NCBI RefSeq assembly: GCF_009914755.1
Contig: NC_060926.1
Length of the DNA stretch: 64,000 nt
Source of the DNA: the human T2T-CHM13v2.0 reference genome, Homo sapiens
Reading direction: 5' to 3' (one strand)
The position numbers and the translations under genes were made by a program. Shown piece after piece: positions 42,774 to 58,230 of this stretch. The notes under the pieces are model-generated. The model saw nothing but the letters and a program-made list of their open reading frames with translations. It was not told where the DNA came from and made no database searches. How positions within the stretch are numbered: the first letter of the stretch is position 1; each line of letters begins with the position of its first letter.

Positions 42774-44156
42774 CCCAGCTCGAAATGAGTCTTAGTGAGA
42801 GAGGTTTCCCTACCAAAATATTGATATCTACTATAGAGGAGAATGTCTTCAACCACACTGGCAACAACCTCTCTGAGCACTCTAGAAGACTTTTAAAAAT
42901 TTATTTGTTAATATATCCTTACTAGTGGAACACAATCTCCAGAAATTGAGATGGTCAAAACTTGAAATATATGTATATATTCCCGATATTTACCTTTTTC
43001 TAGATATAAAATAAGTCATCTGTGATTAGACTTTACTTCTCCAACATGGTTACATCTTGAAAATCAATGGGGAAGCATCTAAAACCCTTGTACAGCAATC
43101 TTTATTTTCAACCAAAAAATACAAGAAGTCTATGTTAGTACCATTAGGATGAATATAGCTGAAGATATCATATTAGAATCTTTGCTATCAATTTACAGCA
43201 AACATTTATCACTATATATGTAGTTATAGGCACTAATTGTCCCATAAATAGCAATGTCACATTATTAATAGGAGGCTTTCTAATGGATTTTACATTTCAT
43301 AAAAATACATCCTTTTATTTGGCATCTGTCCCTTTAAGGATTTACCAGAAAGCTAGCTTAATAGTAATGCAGAGGTTTAAGCCTTGACTATTAAATTAGA
43401 TTGACAAATGATTCTCTTAAATTGTCTCTGTCACTTCAAAATTTCCATTAAACTCATATAAACTATAAATTCCTTATTTGTATTAATATTTACTATTTGG
43501 GGACCTGTTCATGCAGTTTTCTTTGTTTTTGAAAAATCTATAACTTACTGAGATACTCAAACATAAAAGAGGGGATCTGCCACTCATCATATAATACTTT
43601 CTGATTTCTTAGGATTTGATTGTTACCATTTCTGACAACTTTCAATAATATTGGCAGATTTATATACCTATGAATTAGAATGATTGTCAATTGCCATGAA
43701 GAATCAGAGGAGTAAATCTAGTAACTTTGTCTTTGAAAAAGTAAGATCAATGGCAGCGCAGTTGAGGAGGTTGTGTAGATCTTCGATGAGTAGTTTTGAA
43801 AGTATTCTAAAAGGTAAGAATACCTTCTTTGAAGGTGTAAGGTCATTGTTTGATCTTTTGGAAGAGGGGCCACTGGAAAAGTTGCAAAAATACTCTGAAT
43901 TTGTCAACAGAAATCAAGTTGATATCTTTAAAAGCATAAAGAAGAATTGCCAATCTTTACTTGTAATTTAATTTAGACAAATATATGCTGAACACCCATT
44001 GCATATATTGTCTAGTTTATGTTAAGAAATCTAGGAAAATCAAGAGGTAAACAAGACGTAGTCCTGGGTTTCAAGATAACTTCAAGATAGTAACAAAGAC
44101 AGGCATATTGATACATATAATTCAAGGCAGAAGAGAAGCTTAAAAATGTGCGTTAA

Positions 44157-44495
<339 letters not shown>

Positions 44496-44786
44496 TTAAG
44501 GAATATGTAAAGGAAATGCTACTTAAGTTTATCATTAAAGGATGAATAAAAAAATTAAATTGGAAAGAAAAAAAGCAAAGAATTCCAAGATGGCAGCAGA
44601 GTACAAACAACACGGAGATAAGAATGTGCATAGTGAGCTTGAGACATGAGATGTGAAGATGCAAGAAGCAAAGATCTGGATGATTAAGGTTAGAAACGCG
44701 TAATGTTGACTGACCAAGGCTTTAGGAAATACTCCAAAAAGACTTATAAAGTTCAGTAGACAATCAGAAGGTAAGACTAATGGCTT

Positions 44787-45646
44787 TGTCAGTCAGTCTA
44801 CTTGTGATGGTTAATATTAAGTATCAATGTGATTGGATTAAAGGATGCAAAGTATTGTTCCTGTGTGTATCTGTGAGGGCGTCGCCAAAGGAGATTAACA
44901 TTTGAGTCAGTGAACTGGGAGATGCAGACCCACTCTCAATCTGGGTGGGCACCATCTAATCAGCTGCCAGCATGGCTAGGATAAAAGCAGGCAGAGGAAC
45001 GTGGAAAGACTAGACTGGCTGAGTCTTCTGCATACATCTTTCTCCCGTGCTGGATGCTTCCTGTCCTTGAACATCAGACTCCAAGCTCTCCAGCTTTTGG
45101 ACTCTTGGACCTTTGGCCACAGACTGAAGGCTTCCCTACTTTTCAGGTTTTTGGGACTCGGACTGGCTTCCTTGCTCCTCAGCTTGCAGATGGCATATTG
45201 TGGGACTTCACCTTGTGATCATGTGAGTCAATACTCCTTAATAAACTCCCCTTTATATATACATCTATCCTATTAGTTCTGTCCCTCTAGAGAACCCTAA
45301 TACACTACTGTAACAAAGTACCATAAACTGGGTGGTTTATAAACAACAAAAATTTATTTCTCATAGATTAAAAGTCCAAGAAGTTTAGAAGTCCAAGATC
45401 AGGATGAGGTTCTGGTGAGGGCTCATTTCCAGTTTGGAGACTGCCAACTTCACCTTGTAATCTCACCTGGCAAAAAAAAAGATCAAGCTAGCTCTCTGCT
45501 TCTTCTGAGGGCATTAACTCCACTCACGGAAGCTCCAGTCTCATGACCTAATTACCTCCCACAGGTCTCATCTACAAATACCATCATATTGGACATAGGA
45601 TTTCTACATATGAATTTTGGGGGACACAAATTTTCAGTTCATTGCA
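44787..45646 (-). mobile_element. MLT1A-like LTR split by MLT2A1
   Basis: tgtaacaaagtaccataaactgggtgg...catgacctaattacctccc...tgaattttgggggacaca. Confidence 0.85.
44803..45304 (+). mobile_element. MLT2A1-like ERV-L solo LTR
   Basis: TGTGATGGTTAATA...GAGAACCCTAATACA termini; perfect TSD ctact. Confidence 0.95.
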
Positions 45647-46184
45647 ATTAAGGAATATTAATAAACCATGCAAGAGGTCCTCAGCTAGGGAAGTATCATA
45701 AAAAAATGTAAAAGAAGAAACATGTTTGAGCTATATTATTAATATTGAATTTACTTGACTTAGTAGAACTTAAAAATTTACAAGATTTCCAGTCTTGATG
45801 ACAGAGTGATTCTTGTACCATTGCCAAGATAAGAAATACATAGAAGAGAAACAACATGTTTTGGATGAAGGGACATGATGAATTTATATGTGGATATACT
45901 GAGCGCCAGTGTTTTGGAATAGCTATGTGAAAGCACTAACTTGATACTGTATTTACACATGTATTCATTTGTTTACATATTCAAAATACACTTTAAAACT
46001 CAATAACATACTCTGCAATAAAGTAAAATCAGATCTAATACGGTTGACTACTGGGGCCTGAACTCTGGGACTCCATACCGGCAAGCTACCTAGGCTTATC
46101 TTGGTCCTTTCCTTATCCTTGCACTAAGTCTTCATTTTATGAGATTGGGCTTTTTGTGTGTTACTTATAGAATTATAATGTGTT

Positions 46185-47538
<1,354 letters not shown>

Positions 47539-47539
47539 A

Positions 47540-48025
47540 TGCTGGCTAGCTTCTGTTTCTTCTCTAGTTCCCCTTTATCTATTCACATGAGTCAACTATG
47601 AATTCTCTTACCCTCTGGATTTTTATCAGTTTCTGCCAAAGGGAAGTTCTTGCAGTGGAAAGGAAGGAAGAAGATGATGTATTTATTCCTCTCTATGGTA
47701 TTTTCATGGGCTGTCTGGTTCCCTCAACCAAATGTCATAGCTCCTACCAAATGGCCCTTTCTGTCCAGCTTTCCCTACTTGCAGTGTACACCCCTCTCCT
47801 TATCCTTTCTGCCCTAGGAGTGGTAGCAGATCCCTGATATTTCTTATTCTAGGTATTTCATTATCTCTTATGATTTCCCTACCCCCTGCTCACCCTTTGT
47901 AAAAATCTCTTTATTAAACACTCCTTTATTATCCTAATTTTAGTATGCCATCTGTTCCCTGCTGAGAGAGAAAATAAAACTGTGTTTTCCTGGTTCCCTC
48001 CCTATAGTCTAATAAGAATAATACA
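47540..48025 (+). mobile_element. LTR33-like ERV-L 5' LTR
   Basis: ctttgtaaaaatctctttattaaacactcc...tgccatctgttccctgc; ends in taca. Confidence 0.75.
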
Positions 48026-48541
48026 GTGATTGCTATTGGAAGTGGCCCCAGGAACTGACTCTCAAATGAGATTCTGGGATTATTTTCCACATGTTTGAAA
48101 AGTAAATTGATAACCCTCTTGCTAGGGAAGTGGAGGGGATGAGGCATGGGCAATGCATGGCATACAGCAGCATTATGCTTACCCAAATTATCACCAGTGG
48201 ATGGGGCAAGGTATTGAGCAATCAAGTAGCTATGGTACTTATCACTGTGGCAACAATGGTGATTGTAAACATGGTGGCATCAGCTGGCTTATTTTGGTGG
48301 CCCTAAAGAATGTATAAAGGAAAAATTAAATATCAAACTGCAATTATACATAGAAAAATCAAGTCACTGGCAGCAATGAAGGAGTCCTTCATCTCCCGAA
48401 GTTGGGAAGATATGACTGAGAATCAAGCCCATGGCTGGAATGTAAGAGCTGAAAATTTGATAGCCAATTAAACCTACTAGATCTTTTATACCAAGGCAAA
48501 GGAGCTGGTAGAAAGGTGAAAAGAAAAATCTCGTGTGTTGA

Positions 48542-48962
<421 letters not shown>

Positions 48963-50119
48963 TCCCCCCAGTATTTAAGGGAACCAGTGTTTTAATGGCT
49001 GGGTCTAGGTAGTTGCCTCTCAGACTGGTGCTTGTCCTTTCCTAGGATTAATTTCTACCACCCTTAATAATGGGTATTAGACTCTGATATAATCTAAAAG
49101 AGGAGTACAAGGCTGGAAGGAAGAAATCCTATACCATGAAAGACTTGTAGAACCTCATTGATTTCTATTGACAGGAATCTGGAGAGCACACAAGGAAGTA
49201 AATTATATGGCTGTTTGACCAAGGAAGAAAACATATGAGGCTGGATTAGGTTGAATTTATTGATAAGGGTTTATTCACTCAGGATTTTGGCTCAAATGTG
49301 TTGTCTGGAGCACCTAGGAGTTAAGTCTATTAAGTTGGTTATCTAAAATGTGGACTCTGTCAATAGTGGGGTAAATTCAATGAGTTTGAATAATGTAACT
49401 TCCCTGGCACAATATAGAAAAATCAAGTCTTAGGAAAATGGGAATGCTGGAATTGATTTATTATATGCTACTGGTCAGCCAGTCTTTATTTATATCACCC
49501 AAAAGGGCCCTGAGGCCACGCCCTTTACCAACACTTTTTAAAATGAATCTGTTGGTAAGGAGGGATACCATTATCCTTGAAAACCAAAGTAATGTTCTAT
49601 GGTGGCTGTTCTCCAGAGGTGATGGTAGAGCATGGTACAATGGAGTTAGATTTCTTGATGACAATGGAAATAATAGGATGCCAGAGACTCAGAAGTCAAG
49701 TAGGGGTGCTTACTCGTTATAGATCAAGTGGGCACAATTACCATAATAAGCCACAACGATGGTTCCCTCCCTATAGTCATCAGGAAGTTTGACCTTCAGA
49801 GATCTTTGGCATCAGCTATTCAATCACAAGGTCCTTAAAACAAAATAAAAGGACTGTCCAACAAGGAGCTGTTTGGTCTATATAAGGAGAAAAATCCTAG
49901 GAGGTTTGGTGGGCTAAATAGTAACTTGATTTATGGTAGTGGAGATTCACTTATTCTTACTTTGTTCTCAGACCAAAGCCAATTTATAAGAGACCTTAGT
50001 TTGAGAAGGCCAGATCTATAAGGAATGACCTGGCAATCAGATCAAAGATACATAGCATGAGCCTTCCTCTACGCCTGACTTAGGGTTACGTGTTACTACT
50101 TAATAATTATGCACTGGAG

Positions 50120-50296
50120 CAGTGGGTTTTAAACTTAAGTGTGCATCAGAATCACGCAGATGGCTTTTAGAACACAGATTTCTGGGTCTCACTGATTCAG
50201 TAAGTTTGGAGTGGAGACCCCAGAATTGATATTCCTAATAAGTCCTCAGGTGACACTGAAGCTGATGGTTTAGGGACCATAATTTGAGAATCCCTG
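50120..50296. mobile_element. MER5A inserted in the ERV-L
   Basis: Perfect 8-bp hAT TSD cactggag at 50112-50119 and 50297-50304. Confidence 0.92.
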
Positions 50297-50309
50297 CACT
50301 GGAGAACTA

Positions 50310-52190
50310 CACACTTTATGGGATTATTGGATACAGTCTCTTAAATGATACTAATCCCTGGAGACCTAAAACACCACATAGGTCCAATGGTCAGAGTTGA
50401 GACTTACAGATATAAGTAAAATCTTAGTCCAAGTTTATTTCATAAGGTGTTCTGAGGGACTTCAGATCCATTTGTTTATAGGCCAAGAATGTATAGTGAG
50501 AATAAAAAAACTTAATAAAGAATTTCCTGATGCAGAGTGGGTTTTATTGCATAATAAGGTCCAAACTACATTTTGGACCCTTTTATTGCCTGCCTTTGCT
50601 AAGATACTAAGCTAAAAGTCCAGCAGGATGTGCTACCCCAAATGCTTAAACAATTACAGAGGTGGTATGAATTCCCCGTTTTATTCATTTGCATAGTGGC
50701 CTATGCAAAAGTCAGATGGGTCTTTAATAATGAGGATATATTATCAGAAACTTAATCAAGCAATGATATCAATCACATCTGACATTCTCAATATAGTATC
50801 TTTAGTGGAGGAAATCAGTATGGTCCCTGACCCCTGTGACTTAACAAACACATTTTCCCTTCCCTCCATTAGTAAAGATGAAAAGAAGCTCTTTCCTTCA
50901 CATAGCAGGAATATCAATATGCCTTTACTCTCTTGACTTAACCTACCTCAGCTCATCTCCTGTTCATCTTAATATGATCTGGAGAGAACTTTATTGCCTT
51001 GATACATCACAGAACATGATGATGGGGCATCTTAAATCAGAAGACAACATCTTAAATGTAAGAGACAAGTGTCCCAAAGGGTTGTAAATAAACCCCATGA
51101 AAATGCAGGAACCTGTCACTGGTGAAGTTGCTAGGGGTATAGTGGTCTGGGCCATGTCAGCAGATCCTCCTTAAAGTAAGAGTTGATTTGCTGCACTTTC
51201 CAACGCAATGAAAGATGCACAATGTTTGATGTACACGTTTGGATTTTGGAGAAAACATATAACACATTTGGGCATGCTACTTTCATGAACTTAGTGGATA
51301 AGCTTAACATTACAAGATTTGAGTGGGTCCCAGAACAAGAAAAAGCTCTATAACTTGGCCTTATGACCTAAAAAAACCAATATTACTGGGTTTTAGAAGT
51401 GTCAATGGCAGACTGATACATCCACTCCATTTTCCACTTTGATCTGTAACCCAGAAGGCTAAACTATGCTAACTGATCAACAAGTTCTTTTGCTATTTAC
51501 ATGAAGTTTCTGGAAATTTCCAATAGGAGAATCAGTGTGGACCTATAGAAATTTTGAGTAAAATGCCCTCTTTCACTAACAAACTAGTCTCTGCAGAAAA
51601 AGCAACTATTTACTTGCTACCATACCCAGTAGAGAACAAATACCTAACCGTAAATACCCACGGTACTTACTATCCATCCCACTTGCTCATTTTTAACTGA
51701 TGTTATATAATTTGTGGAACTAGCTGGGTACAGTTGCTCACATCTGTAATACTAATGCTTTTGGAGGCTGAGGCTGGAGGATCACTTAAACCCAGGAGTT
51801 TGAAACCCTGGGTTCAATTTTTTTTTAACATTTTAAAAAATTAGCCAGGCATGCTGGTACATGCCTGTAGTCCTAACTACTAAGGAGGCTGGGACAGGAG
51901 GATTGCTTGAACCTAGGAGTTCGAGCTATTATCATACTCCTGCACTCCAGCTTGTATGACAGATTGAGACTCTGTGTCTAAAAAATAGTAATAATTATAA
52001 TTCTGGAACCATAAAATTAGAAGTCTGTAGAACATTTCTGTATAAAATGGAAATGATACCATGCAAGTCTAGAAGACATAAGTAAATTGCAGAAGGAGAG
52101 GGCTTAGATTCCTGTTGTAGTGGACTGAACTGCTCTACCACCTTTCCCTCTACTCACACCTATGATGTCATGGGCAGTTCCTTATGACAT
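50310..52190 (+). pseudogene. Decayed ERV-L protease/RT/RNaseH-tether (pol)
   Basis: FMGLLDTVS.MILIPGD (LDTG-like); ORF 50703 QKSDGSLIMRIYYQKLNQ...DLTNTF resembles QKTDGSWRMTVDYRKLNQ...DLANAF; VLEVSMAD; EKQLLACY-like; SWAVPYD. Confidence 0.9.
51723..51995 (+). mobile_element. Alu (AluJ, rearranged)
   Basis: Diverged dimer. Confidence 0.9.
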
Positions 52191-52311
52191 GTTCCAGCAG
52201 GGATCTCAGGTCTAGCTACAGAAGTACAAATGTAGTGACTATGTTTTATGTTATTTAACTCTATCCTCTTATTCCCCTGCTACTTTATATGAACAACACT
52301 GGTAATCGCTA

Positions 52312-52659
<348 letters not shown>

Positions 52660-52837
52660 TTAAGGTTTAAAGAGTGAGGAGATGTGAAATAGCTTTTACT
52701 GGGTTTTTATTTTGTTTTATTTGATTTAGGGAAAAAAAATTGAACAAAAAAATTTAGTAGGATTCTGAGAAAAATATAGGGAGAATAAAACTTCTGCATG
52801 CTCAGGGCCTTGCCCAGTACTTGGCACATATTAGGAG

Positions 52838-53650
52838 ATTCATTAATTTATTTGCAAATATTTACCATTCGACTACTGTATGTTGAGCACTATTATAGGC
52901 ATCACAGACATAGCAAAAATATTAAAACATAAAAATTAAATCCTTGCCTGCTCTTTGATATGTTAGATCAGGTTTTGGCAGATTTTGTTAAGGGGCGTAT
53001 AGTACATATATATTGAAGCTTTGTGAGCAAGGTGTTTTTTGTTGTAACTACTCGACTCTGTCATTGCAACACAAAACTAGCCATAGACAATACATTAAAA
53101 AATAGCCTAGGCTGTGTTCCAATAAAACCTTACAAAAATAAGTGGCAAGTTGGATTTAGCCCATGGGCCATCGTTTGCCAAACTTTACGTTAGAGGGTCA
53201 CTGGTGCAATGAAGACAAAAGAGGCACAGAAGAAGATGAGGAGTACTTGAGGGGAGGGCATCATTTTTAAAAGTGATGAACAGGTGAAGTTATGCCAAGA
53301 AGGTATCATTTATGCAAAGGCTGGGAGGAGGTGAAGGATCAAGCCATGTAGGTGAGTGTTCCCAGAGGAGAATGCCAGTATAAAGGTTCTTAAATAGGAC
53401 AGCATCTTGTATGTTTGTAGAATAGCAAGGCAGTTGAGCAGAAGGAGTAAAGGGGGAGTAACAGTAGATGAGATCGGGAATTTAAAAGGGAGGAGGATAA
53501 TATAAGACCTTGTAGATTACTGTTATGATGCACAGTAAAATGGAGTGTCGTTAGAGGGTTTTGACTAGGGGACTGCCATGATTTGACTTGTTTTAACAGG
53601 CTTAATTTGGCTGATGTGTTGAGGGGGACAAGGCTGAATCTTAAAAAGTA
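52838..53650 (-). mobile_element. L2 split by MER58A
   Basis: Reverse L2 3' end; gaatagcaagg...gagggttttgactagggga...atgatttgactt. Confidence 0.8.
52969..53187. mobile_element. MER58A hAT MITE
   Basis: aactactcgactctgtcattg...gccatagacaatac...ggctgtgttccaataaaac; 8-bp TSD tgttagat/cgttagag. Confidence 0.9.
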
Positions 53651-54193
53651 ATTTTTAAACAAATGGATGAACAAACAACAGATTAATAAGAATGTATGTC
53701 ACTCAGTTGAATATTTGAGATTGGAAATATAAGTTGGGGAGTCACTAGGAGAGAATGTAGATGCTGGAACAGAATGAAAGGAAAATTTTCACTAGAACCT
53801 GAGAGAATAACCAAATGAGGGGTTGAGAGAGAAGGAGGAGCTAGTGAAAAAATGGAAAAGGAGTAATTAGATCTATGTTTTGTAGTTACTGTTTTTCATG
53901 TCCTCAGAGGTTCAGTGGATGATGGGATGATTGTATTAATGTTTTTCTACATCTTGCTTCATATGGGTAAACCAACTGAATAATTTAATTAGGAGCACAA
54001 TGTCTACTTTAGCAGTTCATTCATTCATTAATGTTTATTAGCCATTGACTATTTGCTAGACACTGTGAAAGGCACTGATCTCTTCATTACAATCCAACAC
54101 ATTCTACTGGAAATCAGTCATGACATTGACACATAATATTATTCACCCATCTAAGAGGGATTTTGGAAGATTCTAAGGAAATTAAGAAGTTAA

Positions 54194-54597
<404 letters not shown>

Positions 54598-55587
54598 ATT
54601 CTTTCCAAATATTAACCAAGGAGTTTGTAAGTAAAAGAAACAGTATGACAAAGTCAAAAAGTCAAGAGCAGAGATGAAACAAAAAGTTATACAAGAACTG
54701 TTATTAGAGTAGAAGAAATGGAATTCAGGTCACATAATATCTCAGTTTTATTTACCTATTATTCACATTTTCTAGGAAGTATCTTATAGATACACATATA
54801 AAAACATATTTTTTGATAAGACATTAAACATGTTTTAGTGCTCCTTGACTTTAAACTTCTAAATATAGCTTTCTTCACTTATTAGCTGTCTAGAAATATG
54901 CTGGCCCATGCGACCTTTTACTCTCATTTACTTATACTCTTAAAAAGTCGGTAGTCCCAGGTTTCAAATTTTCTTTTGTAATACACAGTTAAATCTTTGA
55001 ACTCGAATATTGAATAAACTCTTGAATGACTTTGAGCTCTGGATGCCGAGCTTGGTAACCTTGAACCTCCCATAAATTGGGGAAAACCTCTAAAGCAGCC
55101 AAAACAAAGCTCTTGACTTTCTAAATATAACATTTGTTTGACTCCTTGACTTAATTGTGAACTCTTGTTTTTCCTTGACTGGTTTGCCACTATCATTTGA
55201 AGTTAACCTTTTCTCTACTTAGTTGAAAATTGTGCTTCAATGGATTAAAAGACAAAATTGCATTCCTTCTAATTAAATCTAAGAAAATCTCTAAGATGTG
55301 CCTTGAAAAAACAAAAACACATGTGAATGTTAATTTTCCTAACTTATAATCAAGGATAATGAATCCTCCCTTTAACTGTTTGTCCTCCTTTTCAGTCTGA
55401 CAATAAATTCAGTATGTTATTTAAGTTCTAACTTCAGTTCTTTAGTTTTTATCTCATCAATCTTCATCTTTATTTTTTAGTCTTTAAAACCTATTTTTCA
55501 TTTTGTGGCATTTAAAACTGAGAAAGTTACACATGCTTTTTGTAACAAAACCAATCAATATAGGATTGTGTAAAACAAAAAATAAAA

Positions 55588-55905
55588 GCTGGGTGCAGTG
55601 GTTCACGCCTATAATCCCAACACTTTGGAAGATTGAAGTGGGAGGATCATTTGAGTCCAGGAGTTTAAAACCAGCCTGGGCAACATAGTGAGACCACGTC
55701 TCTATAAAAAATTTGAAAAATTAGCCGGGTGTTGTGGCTTGGGCTTGTGGTCCCAGCTACTCAAGAGGCTGAGGTGGGAGGATTGCTTGGGTCGCAGGAG
55801 GTCGAGGCTGCAGCGAGCTGTGATCATGCCACTGCACTCCAGCCTGCAAGACCTGAGAGACAGAGTGAGACTGTCTCAAAAAAGAAAAAAAAAAAGAGAA
55901 AAGAA
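55588..55905 (+). mobile_element. Alu (AluJo-like)
   Basis: gtcgaggctgcag, gtgatcatgcc. Confidence 0.95.
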
Positions 55906-56183
55906 AGCTCTTTTGCACTTCTCTTAATCCCAAATCACTTTATAGAGGTAATTATTATACAATTTGGTAATGGAATGGTTTTCATGTTCTATACAGTTTA
56001 CTCCATATGCAAACATACACATACTTACATATACTCTTACAAGTTGTGTTTTAAAATTACTATATTATATGCAGCAAAAATAAACACTATTAATAAGTGA
56101 ATGATGAATTGTTAATGAATGCTAGATAAACATCATATTATATGTCTCATGAGGTACTTGAATATTTTTAAATTATGGCTACA

Positions 56184-56569
<386 letters not shown>

Positions 56570-57139
56570 TTAAACTTTTACAAAAATATTTAATAGTCAC
56601 ATAAAAATTTGTTCAGACAAACAGTAACAACTGATAATTTGTATTACTTTTCTTTTTCAAAAAGATTGCTATTAGGTATTTTGTACTTAATAGTTATAAA
56701 CTATTCAAGTGGGCCGAAAATGTAAATGAAAAAAATACAGCAGTAATAAGAGGAGTACAAATGAAAATTTCCTCAAATCGTGTTAGCATTTTTAACATGT
56801 TATTTATTGATTCTCTTTCTAAATAGACCATTCTGACATTACATAATTTTAAGTACAGATCCAGTACATTCTACTGCACCACTTTCTATAAAAGAACATA
56901 GAAATAATGTGGGCTCTGTGTTTTTGCCAGCTATGAACGAATTACATCCATTTGGTTTATACCCTACATGTAGTATCTCTTTAGGACTTATTCTATGTAT
57001 ATCAAAACACTAATTTTGAAGCAGTAACCCTGTAAGTGCTGTGGGTTCATAACATACTGGGTGTCTTGAAACCAAATATATATTCAGTTCTCAGCATTAT
57101 TGGTGTTTCCAATTTCAATAACTATAATATGATCACCTT

Positions 57140-57285
57140 TGGACATCTATGGCATCTTTCATCCGTGGATCTTAAAGGGCTTTACAAACATTAATTCACA
57201 CAACATTCTCATGAGGTACAGAAATATCATTAACCCCATATTACAGATGAGGAAACAAGCGCAGAAAGGTTAATAATATGTGCAC
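57140..57285 (-). mobile_element. Ancient MIR (MIR1_Amn-like)
   Basis: gcatctttcatccgtggatcttaaagggctttacaaacattaatt tail plus ccccatattacagatgaggaaac core. Confidence 0.7.
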
Positions 57286-58059
57286 CACCTTCTACTTGTA
57301 CAGTGCCTTTGATTCAGGAATTTCTAAGTACACTGGAAGCTTTATGATGCTGGTATAAGAGAATAGAATTAATACAACTTATAGATTAATTCATAGCATA
57401 CTTTTATCATATAGCATGCAGTTTGTAGAAATTGCCTCCATATTATAGATTGATAATATTCATCTTATATTCAAATAGTTTTCCATTATAATTAGGAATC
57501 ATGAATGCGAACTTACCCTTAATTTTATATCTAGTTTGAAGATGTGTGTGGATGATTATACTACATATGCAACAGACTATATAAAATTGTGTCTTGTGTT
57601 AAAAAAAAAGAAACCTCAAAATTAATCTAACACACGATGACATGGTTCCCAAGTTTGTTGCTCTATGCTTTTTAGGCATCAGTGGTGAGTCATTTATATT
57701 AAAAACAGTAAATAAATAATTTAATTTTTACCATGTATTTTTATAGTTTTCATCTTCTTTTTTAATCTTTTCATGTATAAACTAGTTTTAACCCTACAAT
57801 GTAGAGTTCAGACCTCAAAACTCACAAGTTGCACTACGATTCACTATGGTTACAAAAACAAGGGACTTAGATGTGAGTTACCCAAAGCCAGAGTTTTCTT
57901 TATCACTGATTTTTCTTCCTAAAATCATTAGAGCTCAGGTTTTCAGTGCATCTTCATATATCTTTCCCTTTCTCATTCTTTTCACTGTTGGAATTTACTA
58001 AGAAATCCTTTAGTATTTCCCTGCTTTTGCTTGCCACCACCTTCTTAGAAAGATTGTTT

Positions 58060-58230
58060 ATGGCTTCTGTGTCCTAAAGAGCTCAAGGTACTGTGCTGTG
58101 CACTGGGAATACAGGGGTATACAAGACAGATTGACTTAAAGCAGCTTAGAGTCTGGTGGAGATAGACATTGGACAAGAAATTATAATCGCATTAATTACA
58201 TGACCATGCAAAATCTCTGTGAAACAAATC
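58060..58230 (-). mobile_element. L2 3' fragment
   Basis: ggtactgtgctgtgcactgggaataca...acaagacaga...agcttagagtctggtgg. Confidence 0.7.

Noticed and set aside
43855-43895. Kinase glycine-loop-like FGRGATGKV in another + frame
   Set aside because: That frame has many stops and no other kinase motif; likely chance.
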